Below, piece after piece: positions 50,110-58,879 of a stretch of DNA of 64,000 bases. The stretch covers positions 7,178-71,177 of the forward strand of contig CAIOGZ010000045.1 in assembly GCA_903858015.1 (NCBI GenBank), given 5' to 3'. This stretch comes from an uncultured cyanobacterium. Lineage in GTDB: Bacteria > Cyanobacteriota > Cyanobacteriia > PCC-6307 > Cyanobiaceae. The first letter of the stretch is position 1, and each line of letters opens with the position of its first letter. The translations under genes were made by a program, and so were the position numbers. The notes beneath the pieces are model-generated. The model worked only from the letters and a program-made list of their open reading frames with translations. It was not told the DNA's origin and did not search any database.

Positions 50110-50360
50110 CTATCCACTGATCGGCCAGAAATGCACAAGCCCCGCAGGCCCCAGCCGGTGGGGCACCGCCCGGCGGATCCGCTCGCGCAACAACATCTCC
50201 CGCAGGATCAGCTCCGATTCGAGGGTCTTGCCCAGGCCAACGTCGTCGGCGATGAACAGGCCCACCCTTGGCATCAGCAGGGCCTTGCGCAGCGGTTCCA
50301 GCTGGTAGGTCTTCCCGTCGATGCCGGCCCGATAGGGCGCCGTGATCCGATCGTGTGAGG
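50110..50360 (-). pseudogene. drmD: Collapsed remnant of a DISARM DrmD-like SNF2 helicase
   Basis: APYRAGI...YQLEPLRKALLMPRVGLFIADDVGLGKTLE joined to the C-terminal GLVHFWPISG. Confidence 0.65.
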
Positions 50361-50783
50361 CTGCTGCCGTCATCGCATGGGCTCCCTGCGGTCGCCGTGG
50401 CCCAAAAACAACTTGATGGTGGCGGTGGGCATGGGACTCACCCAATGGGCTCAGGCAACTGCAGCCAGGGCAGTCGGCCGCTGGGGTCACCGGCCACCAG
50501 CAGGGGGCGAGTGGGGTGGGACAGCAAGACAGTAACAACGCTTGCGCAGAATAGAATACGCTAAGGCTTTGAATTTCAGCGCATAGCATATTCCCAATAG
50601 AGGCCGAAGGCCTCGGGTAAACGGATGCATGAGATCGCACCAAACTTTTTAGTTGATCAACTTTCAGTGGCGGTTCAATAGTCATCATCAACTGTCTCAG
50701 CATCCTCCTCGATAAAAGCCAGCGCCGCTTCCAACGCCGTCCTGCCCCTGTCTATTTAATGCTTAAAGGATAGATTGTCCGGC

Positions 50784-51057
50784 ATGATCCACGACTCCGT
50801 CTCCGATCTGCGGCAGAACCTCCCCGCCTTCCTCAAGCGGGTCCAGGCCTGCGAGCAGCTGCAAGTCACCTCTCGCGGCCAGGTGATCGCCCGTATTGCT
50901 CCAGAACGCGATCCCGCCGCAGGGGCTCGCCAATGGTTGCTTGATCTCCGTGACCGCGTGTCTCTTGGCGAGGTGGTACTTGGGCTTGCTGATCACGAAT
51001 GGAGCGGCGATGCAGATATTCTGTGACACCCACATCCCCCTGTTCTGGGCCAACGCT
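50784..51057 (+). pseudogene. Second copy of the Phd antitoxin (50784-51026, intact) plus a 16-codon stub of vapC
   Basis: Diverged duplicate of 39992-40265; vapC stops after CDTHIPLFWANA. Confidence 0.85.
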
Positions 51058-51170
51058 GTGGGAGCTGGCCGCCGATGGGCAGCTCGATCCCGAATCCCAT
51101 GTCACGGGCGGCAACGGGCAGGAAGGCAGGCCCTTTGCTGGGGATGCTCGATGCCGCTGCCGCAGGCTGG

Positions 51171-52076
51171 TCAGTCCCAACCTCTGATTGGGTACGAATC
51201 ATCAACGCCCTCCACCAAAAAAAGTAATTCACTCGACACCGCAACGGTGCTGGCCAGGATCCGATCCGCCCCAGCCGCCAGCAGCTGCTGTTCATAGCGG
51301 CTGCGGTTTTGTCCTTGATCCGGCCCGTGCAGGTGCGGCGGGGCCACCGCCAAACTGAAGAAACGTTGCTCTGGCCGCTGGCGCCGGGCCCGGATCACGG
51401 TGTGGACATCGGCCACCGTGTCGCCGAGGTAGGCCACCGGCGGCGCCGCCGGCCCCAGGGCCAGGCCCCAGCGCTCGCTCAGCAGCTGCTCAGCCAGGCG
51501 CAGCAAGCCGCTGGGATCGGGTTTATCGGGCGCATCCCCCATCGCGATCAAGGGCGGCGCATCCAACCCCAGCCGCTGCTGCAGCACATAGCGCGCCGAG
51601 GGGGGTTCGGCGCCGCTGACAAATCCCCACAGGATCCCGGCCGCATCGAGCTCCCGAAAGAAGCAGGGCTCCACCAGCAGCGGCTCCTGGCCGATCAACC
51701 CCCGCCACAGGGCCGGATCGCCCTCGGGATCACCGCCAAAATAGAAGCCGCCAAACACCTCGACCAGCTCCGCAAAGGGCGGCAGCCGCAACGGGGCGCT
51801 GGCTGGGGCTTCGGCACAGCCCTCCGGGTTGGCCAGGCTGGCCGGGCCGTCCGAACTGGCCTGGGCCAGGGCCAAGCTGCGGCGCCGCAGCAGCTCCGCC
51901 GAGGCCTCCCAGTCGTTGTTCCAGCAGCCTTCGGCCTTGAGCGCATCGATCTGGCCCGGATCCGGCCGCCAACCGCTGTAGTGGTGCACCGTCTCGGCGA
52001 TTGCCCGGCGGTAGCTGCCGCCGACATCCCGGATCACACCGTCGATGTCGAACAGCAGAACAGCGCGGGGATCCAC
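51171..52076 (-). CDS. HAD-superfamily hydrolase (TIGR01548-type)
   Basis: LLFDIDGVIRDV, WNNDW, DKPDP, YLGDTVAD. Confidence 0.88.
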   Translation of the reverse strand: MDPRAVLLFDIDGVIRDVGGSYRRAIAETVHHYSGWRPDPGQIDALKAEGCWNNDWEASAELLRRRSLALAQASSDGPASLANPEGCAEAPASAPLRLPPFAELVEVFGGFYFGGDPEGDPALWRGLIGQEPLLVEPCFFRELDAAGILWGFVSGAEPPSARYVLQQRLGLDAPPLIAMGDAPDKPDPSGLLRLAEQLLSERWGLALGPAAPPVAYLGDTVADVHTVIRARRQRPEQRFFSLAVAPPHLHGPDQGQNRSRYEQQLLAAGADRILASTVAVSSELLFLVEGVDDSYPIRGWD

Positions 52077-52122
52077 GGCATGGCATGCGGCTCAGCTGGT
52101 ACGGTAGTTGTTTGCTCATTAG

Positions 52123-52638
<516 letters not shown>

Positions 52639-52674
52639 TTCCGGCCCCCGGCCAGGCCCCAAGGCGGGCTGCGT

Positions 52675-53856
52675 TCAGCGAAGAGCGGCTCGGGCGCGCA
52701 CCACACTCACAAAGGCGCTCTGGATCACCCGCGGCGCCGTGCCGTTGGTCTCCAGGGTGAAGGAGCGGGTTTCCTGTTGCAGCGTGCCATCGGGATACAC
52801 GAAGGTGACCACGCCTTCGAGACTGATGCTGGTCGCGGAGCTGCCGCTGAGCTTCAAATCCCCCACCTCCACCCGCTCGAACTGGCGGAAAAAGGCGGGC
52901 TCGAACTGGTCAGCGGCCCCAGCACTGACATAGGCGCCAGCTGCGCTGAAATCCTGGCGCGACAGGGCCGCATAGAGATCCTGCAGCCGAGCGATGGCCA
53001 GGGTTGTGGTGGTGGCATCAGGCCCCGCCGCCGAGGGCTGGGAGGGGGGAAGCTCTGGAGCCGGTGGCGTTGGCAGCGATGCAGGGGCCCCGGTTTCGGA
53101 TGCCAGCCCTTGGGGGGTTCCGGCCGGAGGAGCTTGCCCCTCGGGGTTACCCCCGGGCGGTGATACCAGCTCCTGGGGCGGCGATGCCGGGGCCGGCGGC
53201 TCCCCCCGAGCAAAACCGGAACCTGCAGCCTCGCTGAGGGCCCCCGGATTGGGCGGCTTGGGGCTGGAGTCCAGAGCGTTGGCGTTGGGGTTGGCATTGG
53301 GGTTGCGGTTGGGACTGCGGCCTTCGATCAGCCAAAACAGCCCCGCCGCCAGGGCAAGCAGCAGCAGAAATCCGGCCAAAAAGCCTGCCAAGGCGTAGTC
53401 CCAGGCCCGCGGCGGCTGGGCTGCGGCGGCAACCGGCACCAGGGGCTGGGGATTGGGCAGGGGCTGCGGCTGCGGCTGGGGCTGCGGCGCAGGCTGGGTC
53501 GCCGCCCCTGCAACCGCCAAACCCGAATCCCTTGCTTCGTTGGCAGGTTCCCAACCCAACAATCCCTGGATCACGGTCTCCATCCGCGCGCAGAGCGGCG
53601 GCGCGAACACCGCCCGCAACTCCTGATTGAAACGCAGCCGGCTGCGGGCCTCGCCCAGCGGTGGGGTGCGCTGCAGGGCACTCAAAAAAGCTGGCGACAG
53701 CAGCAGATGGCGCAACGGGGGCAGCAAAACCTGCTGCTCCTGTCCGCAGAGATCAGCCACCAGGGCCTGCAGCCGCCTGCCATCTGGGGGCTGGCCCCGG
53801 GCCTGCTCCCGAATCAGGATCTGGCGCAGACGTAGGCCCAGCTCGTGGTCACCCAT
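52675..53856 (-). CDS. Single-pass membrane protein with Pro-rich linker and C-terminal IMS/NTF2-like domain
   Basis: TM LAGFLAGFLLLLALAAGLF; C-terminal YAALSRQDF...FFRQF...VTFVYPDG. Confidence 0.65.
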   Translation of the reverse strand: MGDHELGLRLRQILIREQARGQPPDGRRLQALVADLCGQEQQVLLPPLRHLLLSPAFLSALQRTPPLGEARSRLRFNQELRAVFAPPLCARMETVIQGLLGWEPANEARDSGLAVAGAATQPAPQPQPQPQPLPNPQPLVPVAAAAQPPRAWDYALAGFLAGFLLLLALAAGLFWLIEGRSPNRNPNANPNANALDSSPKPPNPGALSEAAGSGFARGEPPAPASPPQELVSPPGGNPEGQAPPAGTPQGLASETGAPASLPTPPAPELPPSQPSAAGPDATTTTLAIARLQDLYAALSRQDFSAAGAYVSAGAADQFEPAFFRQFERVEVGDLKLSGSSATSISLEGVVTFVYPDGTLQQETRSFTLETNGTAPRVIQSAFVSVVRARAALR

Positions 53857-55429
53857 GGCGGCGGCGGGTCATAGGCGGAGACTGCGGCGGCATGGCGGCG
53901 GCGGGGTCCGGTTGGAGCAATGGGTCCGGGCGAAGCAGGGGGTCCGGCCGGAGCAGTGGGGCTGGCCAGAGGGCGTTGAGGGCGTTGCGCAGGATCGGAC
54001 AGGGCGCCAAGGATTGGAGGGCATTCTGTTGGTTCGGCCCCTGGCCGCCCGGTTCCGCACTCGCCGCGATCAGGGCGCCGAGGGGATCCCGCGCCGCCGC
54101 CGCCAACAACTCGGCCCGCTGGAGGCTCCCCTGTTGCAACCCCAGCACCTGGCTGCGGCGACTGCGCAGGCTGGGATCCACCAACCCAGGGCTACGGCAG
54201 AGGCGCTCCACTTCCAGGCGCAGGGGCGTGCGGGCATCCGCCGGCAGGGCGGGTTTTAGCAACGGCTTGGGCCGGCTGCTGGGGAGCCAAACCAAGCCGT
54301 ACCAAAGCCCGCCGGCCCCGGCCAACAACGCCAGCAGGCCCGTCGCCACGGCCCAGGGCCTCCCCGCCATTGCCCGCGGCCGCCCCGCCACGGCCAACGG
54401 CCGCCCCGCCGCAGCCTGCCTGCCCGCCGCCGATCCCCAGGCCAACCGGACCGGCCACGGGGCAAAAGCCCCTGGCTGAGTTGTTTGCTGAGCTGCTCGC
54501 TGATCGATTGGCTGAGCAAGTTGCTGAGCTGATTGCTGAGCCGCCTGCTGAGCCCCTGGCTCAACAAAAGCAGCTTCACTCCAGCGCGCGATCGCCACGC
54601 TGACATCATCGCCGCAGCCTTCGGCACTGACCCGATCCAGGTCGGCAGCCAACCTCGCCGCCACCGCCTCGGCTGCGGCGTTGCTGCCATCGCGGCAGCT
54701 GGGCTGGGATGGGGCCAGCCAACTGGCTAGGGCGAGGAAATCCGCGTCGCTGGCGCAGGATTTGCGCAGTCCATCGGTGCCCAGCAGCAGGGCAAAGGGG
54801 GGCGTGGATGGATCCAGCGGCCAGAGGCCCGAGCGAAAGGCCGCCGCCGCCGCCATCCCCTGGCAAAGACTGGCGGTGGCCTCTGGCCCGCCGGCCATCT
54901 CCTGCTCCTGGCTTAGCAATTCAGCGGCACCACCCTGGCCGATCCGCACCAGGTCCCAGTCACCGAGGCCGCTGTAGCCCCACCACCCGGGCGCCAGCAG
55001 CAACAGGCCCAAGGTGGTGCCATAGGGCTGGGCCGTGAACCGGCCCGGGCTGGGGCCAGGCTCAGAGCGTCCATGCCGTTCCACCGCCGCCAGCCAGCGG
55101 CCACAGATCGCCGCGGGCAGCTCCTGCTGCAGCCAGCGGCGCAAGCTGGCTGGATCGGCAGCAGGCAAGCCGGGCCCGCCCAGCCCCCCCACCGCCAGGG
55201 CCGCCTCAACGGCCCCAAGCGCAGCCCGACAGGCCAGGGCGCTACCCACGTCGCTGCGGCTATAGGCGGCGGCGCCATGGCCGTCGGCCACCGCCAGCAG
55301 GGTCAACGGCTGGCCAGCGCCAGTGCTGAACTGGTGCAGCAGAGAAGCGTCCTGACAGGGTTGGCCGCGGCGCTGATGGCCGGCACCGCGGCGGCTGCAA
55401 GTCAGGGGCGGCGACCAGCGATTCAGCAC
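53849..55429 (-). CDS. PP2C-like protein phosphatase with C-terminal TM region
   Basis: GAGH...PCQD, VADGHG, LGTDG, GDDVSV. Confidence 0.85.
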   Translation of the reverse strand: MLNRWSPPLTCSRRGAGHQRRGQPCQDASLLHQFSTGAGQPLTLLAVADGHGAAAYSRSDVGSALACRAALGAVEAALAVGGLGGPGLPAADPASLRRWLQQELPAAICGRWLAAVERHGRSEPGPSPGRFTAQPYGTTLGLLLLAPGWWGYSGLGDWDLVRIGQGGAAELLSQEQEMAGGPEATASLCQGMAAAAAFRSGLWPLDPSTPPFALLLGTDGLRKSCASDADFLALASWLAPSQPSCRDGSNAAAEAVAARLAADLDRVSAEGCGDDVSVAIARWSEAAFVEPGAQQAAQQSAQQLAQPIDQRAAQQTTQPGAFAPWPVRLAWGSAAGRQAAAGRPLAVAGRPRAMAGRPWAVATGLLALLAGAGGLWYGLVWLPSSRPKPLLKPALPADARTPLRLEVERLCRSPGLVDPSLRSRRSQVLGLQQGSLQRAELLAAAARDPLGALIAASAEPGGQGPNQQNALQSLAPCPILRNALNALWPAPLLRPDPLLRPDPLLQPDPAAAMPPQSPPMTRRRHG

Positions 55430-55459
55430 GGCCGATTCAGCAACGGCTCAGAAACCCAT

Positions 55460-55543
55460 GGCATCGGCAAGTTCAGCATTGGCAACAGCAAGCTCAGTTT
55501 TTGCAACAGCAAGCTCAGCTTTTGGAACAGCAAGCTCACCATT
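55460..55543. repeat. Four tandem 21-bp units (core CAACAGCAAGCTCAG) between vWA and PP2C genes
   Basis: Units start at 55460, 55481, 55502 and 55523; no spacers. Confidence 0.8.
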
Positions 55544-56435
55544 TCAGCGGGCCCAAATTGTTGATCGAGCCTGAATGATCCACCGAATCGCCCTCCAGCA
55601 GCGGATCAAAATCCTCGAACGGATCGAGCTCGGTGGGGGGCAGATCGGGCAAGGGCACGCCGCCAGCCCAACTGCCAGCCCAGCTGTCAGCCCCACTGTC
55701 AGCGCCATTGGCAGCCCCACGCTCGGAAATCAACCGACTGGAACTGCTGGAGGCGGCCCCCACCACGGCGGTGGAGGCCCATTGGATATAACGGGCCAAG
55801 GTGGTGGCATTGCTGGCCTGCAGCGGCCGCCGCGCTGAGCGCCCCCGCCGCTGGCGGGGCAGCTCGCCACTGGCTCCCGGCACTTCAGCCTCGGCAGCGG
55901 CCGGGGCCGGCAGCTCGCGGCCGGGCTCGGAGCCGATGAAGCGCTGCAACACCTCCGCATCGGCGTCATCGCCCATGGCGATCGCCAGCCGCACCGCCCG
56001 CCGCGCCCAGGCTTGGGCCATCAAAGCCGCGAGCCCCAGCTCGAAATCGTCGGTGGGCTGGCCATCGGAGATCAGCACCAGCACCGGCGGCAGCGCCCGC
56101 GCTTCCATCGGCGGACTGCGCAGCTCCGCGGCCACCAGTTCGAGCGCCTCCCCCATGGCGGTCACGCCAGCGGCCTGCAGATCAACCCACTGCAGCTGCT
56201 CCACCGGCGTGGGCGTGGCGATGTGCCAGGCGGCCCGATCGGCGAAGCGCACGGCCCGCACCAACACCCGCGCTTCCGGATTCTCCCGGGCCACGGCCAC
56301 CATCCCCGGCAACGACTGCCGGATCGCCTGATTGAGCGCCTGGATCTTGCCCTCGGCCTGCATCGACCCGGAGCAGTCACACAAATAGATGAAATGCAGC
56401 GGACGGCTGGCCAACCGGACGTTGGGGAAGGGCAT
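55536..56435 (-). CDS. vWA-domain protein (TerY-like)
   Basis: MIDAS DCSGSM, GVTAMGEAL, LISDGQPTD. Confidence 0.88.
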   Translation of the reverse strand: MPFPNVRLASRPLHFIYLCDCSGSMQAEGKIQALNQAIRQSLPGMVAVARENPEARVLVRAVRFADRAAWHIATPTPVEQLQWVDLQAAGVTAMGEALELVAAELRSPPMEARALPPVLVLISDGQPTDDFELGLAALMAQAWARRAVRLAIAMGDDADAEVLQRFIGSEPGRELPAPAAAEAEVPGASGELPRQRRGRSARRPLQASNATTLARYIQWASTAVVGAASSSSSRLISERGAANGADSGADSWAGSWAGGVPLPDLPPTELDPFEDFDPLLEGDSVDHSGSINNLGPLKW

Positions 56436-56477
56436 CAGAACGGGGCAGCGCGGGGCGTTAGCGGGGAACGGCGGGGC

Positions 56478-57809
56478 TCAGGCCAGCACCCGCAGCTGAC
56501 CCTCCGGGCTGCTGATCTGCAGGGCCGCAGCGAGGCTACCGGTTTCGCCGGGGGCCACCGTGATCGCCTCGCCGCCGGCCAAGTGGAGGGTCCAGGGGTG
56601 GCAGGAGAGGTTGCGCAGGCCGAGCAGCTGGGGCCGTTGGGGATGGGCCACCACCTGGGCCAGGGGCTGGGCCAGGTCTTCCGGCGCCAGCGGATCGAAG
56701 TGGTGGGCATGCACTTCGTTGCCGGCGGCCACACTCACCACCCCGGCCGCACCCAGCAGCCGCGCTGGCGGCGGCAACGGCGCCGCGCAGGCCCAGCACA
56801 AACTGGCGGCCTGGGGCTCGGCGAAGTTCTCCTGGCCGCAGGCCCCGCAGAGGCGCCGTTGGTCGAGGCTGGCGGAGAGCACCTGGCGCCATTGGCCGGT
56901 GAGGCTGCGGCGGCCGGGATCCCGCAACCCCGCGCCAAACGTCTGCTCAAACAGCTGCTGCAGCTCCCGGGGGTAAATCGGCCAGGTGAGCAGCGCCGCC
57001 GCGTGCTCGATCGGATCGGGACGGTTGCGGCCATCGCGCCGGTCGAACACGAACACCGGATCCTCGGCGTAGAGGCGACGCCGGGCTGCTAGGTCGAGGC
57101 AGGGCATGGCCCGTTCCAGGGCCCCCTTGAAGGGGTCGTGGCGGGTGAGCATGTAAAACAGCAGCACCGCCAACGAAAACAAATCCGAACCGCCATCGGG
57201 CCTGGAGAGGCCCAGGGCCACCTCCGGTGCCATGAAGCCCCAGGTACCGATCACGGCGCCACCACCGCGGCCACTCACCTCGACGTTGTCGTTATCGCCG
57301 ATCAGAATGCGGCCCGCTTCGGCATCAAGAAACACATTGCCGAGCGATACATCTTTATAACAAAAGCCGCGACTATGCAGGGCATGGAATGCCGTGGCCA
57401 GGCCAAAGGCGGCCTTGAGCACATTCTGCAGGCTGATCGTCAGCCGCCCCGCCGCATGCTCCACCGCGCCGCGATAGCTGGCGGGCCGCAGGGCCATCAG
57501 ATAGCCGAATCCCCGGCCCGCCGGGCCCAGGGCTGCGCGCTGCGCCGCTTTGGGGCGCACCAGGGCCAGGGGCCAGAGGAAATCAGCATTGGGGGAACCG
57601 CGGCGGATGCTTTCCTGCAAGCGCTCGGCCAGGCCCGGATCCCGGCCGAGACAACTCGGCCAATACCACTTCAAAGCCAGGCTCTCCCCCCCCACCTGCA
57701 CCTTGAACACCTGGCCCTGGCTGCCACTCCCCAGCCCTTGCACAATCCGCACGGGCTGATCGAGGCCCAGGAAGTGATGGCTGCTATTGCTGGGAAGGAG
57801 CCAGGACAT
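56478..57809 (-). CDS. Ser/Thr protein kinase with C-terminal Zn-ribbon
   Basis: LGSGSQGQV, ALKWY, YKDVSLGN, DNDN, GTWGFMAPE, DLFSLA, CGAC/CWAC. Confidence 0.88.
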   Translation of the reverse strand: MSWLLPSNSSHHFLGLDQPVRIVQGLGSGSQGQVFKVQVGGESLALKWYWPSCLGRDPGLAERLQESIRRGSPNADFLWPLALVRPKAAQRAALGPAGRGFGYLMALRPASYRGAVEHAAGRLTISLQNVLKAAFGLATAFHALHSRGFCYKDVSLGNVFLDAEAGRILIGDNDNVEVSGRGGGAVIGTWGFMAPEVALGLSRPDGGSDLFSLAVLLFYMLTRHDPFKGALERAMPCLDLAARRRLYAEDPVFVFDRRDGRNRPDPIEHAAALLTWPIYPRELQQLFEQTFGAGLRDPGRRSLTGQWRQVLSASLDQRRLCGACGQENFAEPQAASLCWACAAPLPPPARLLGAAGVVSVAAGNEVHAHHFDPLAPEDLAQPLAQVVAHPQRPQLLGLRNLSCHPWTLHLAGGEAITVAPGETGSLAAALQISSPEGQLRVLA

Positions 57810-57837
57810 CGGCGGGGGCGGCGGGCTGGGGCCGCGC

Positions 57838-58608
57838 TCAAGGATCCAGCGACTGGCCGAGGGCACGGCGCACGCCATTGCGGTGGGCCAGGGCGGTGGC
57901 GCGATCGGTGAAGCTATGGCGATAGGCCTGGCCATCGCGCAGGCTGAGGATCAGCCGGTGCTCCTGGCGGCGAGCCAACAGGATCGCCAGGGCTAGCGAA
58001 CCAATCTGCCAGGGCCAAAAGAGCAGGGGGAAGGGCAGCAGCAGCAGGCCCCCCAGGCAGGCCAGCAGCCACCAGCTGAACAGGTGGGGATGGAGGGCCT
58101 CATGGCGCAGCTCCACCGCCCGGATCTGGTCGAGCGGCAGGCGTCTGCCGGCCACCACGATGCTGCCCTCCAGCAGGGCCGGCCCAGGCGATGGGCCAGG
58201 CGATGAGCCAGGAGATGGGCCGGGAGGTGGGATGGCTGGGGCGGGGCTGCCCCGCTCGGGTGCTGGGGCGGGCCTGGCCCGCTGGGGCGCTGGGGCGGGG
58301 CTGGCGCTGAGGAACTGCAGCAGCGGGCCGCGGCGGCCGAGGCGGATGCGATCCCCAGGGTTGAGCAGCCGGCAGCCCTGCAGCCGCTCCCCCTCCAGGA
58401 AGGTGCCATTGCTGCTGCCCAGATCGCACAGCAGCCACTGGCCGTTGCCGCTGGGCCGCAGCTCGGCATGGCGCCTGGACACGCCAGCCACCCCCGCCAA
58501 ACAAAAGCCATTGGCCGGATCGCGGCCGATCGTGAGCGGGCTGGCCGCCCCAAGGCTGACGCTGCCAGCGGGCCCATCGAGCCGCACCAGCCGGGCCGCG
58601 GCAGCCAT
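57838..58608 (-). CDS. FHA-domain membrane protein
   Basis: IGR, VSRRHA, DLGSSNGT; C-terminal TM segment. Confidence 0.85.
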   Translation of the reverse strand: MAAAARLVRLDGPAGSVSLGAASPLTIGRDPANGFCLAGVAGVSRRHAELRPSGNGQWLLCDLGSSNGTFLEGERLQGCRLLNPGDRIRLGRRGPLLQFLSASPAPAPQRARPAPAPERGSPAPAIPPPGPSPGSSPGPSPGPALLEGSIVVAGRRLPLDQIRAVELRHEALHPHLFSWWLLACLGGLLLLPFPLLFWPWQIGSLALAILLARRQEHRLILSLRDGQAYRHSFTDRATALAHRNGVRRALGQSLDP

Positions 58609-58609
58609 C

Positions 58610-58837
58610 TCAGCGCCCCTCCCGCCAGCGCTCGACCCGACCGGGCCGCAGCAGGGCCAGGGCCGCCAGCAACAGCGCCACCAGCAGCATCAGCAGCAGC
58701 ACGAAGCCCGGAATCGCCCCGAGCGGCGTGGTCACGAAGGTTGCCCTGAGGGCATAGAGCCCCAGGCAGAGGGCGATCCAGATCCGAAAAGGGCCCCAGG
58801 GATCCCGCCGTCGCTGCACCGAATCGGTCCGATCCAC
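58610..58837 (-). CDS. Small 2-TM membrane protein
   Basis: 75-aa hydrophobic ORF, 1 bp from the FHA gene start. Confidence 0.55.
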   Translation of the reverse strand: MDRTDSVQRRRDPWGPFRIWIALCLGLYALRATFVTTPLGAIPGFVLLLMLLVALLLAALALLRPGRVERWREGR

Positions 58838-58879
58838 CCCGGTAGCCTATGGGGCCCGGGACCAGCCCGCAGCCCTGCG

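Larger units (their letters stand above)
20100..51100. mobile_element. Defence/TA genomic island between pepP and a HAD hydrolase (no integrase or att repeats seen)
   Basis: R-M, TA, IS remnants, pseudogenes and AT-rich orphans between two high-GC housekeeping genes. Boundaries approximate. Confidence 0.7.

Noticed and set aside
55460-55543. Possible CRISPR mini-array
   Set aside because: The units are contiguous with no unique spacers, and there are no cas genes.
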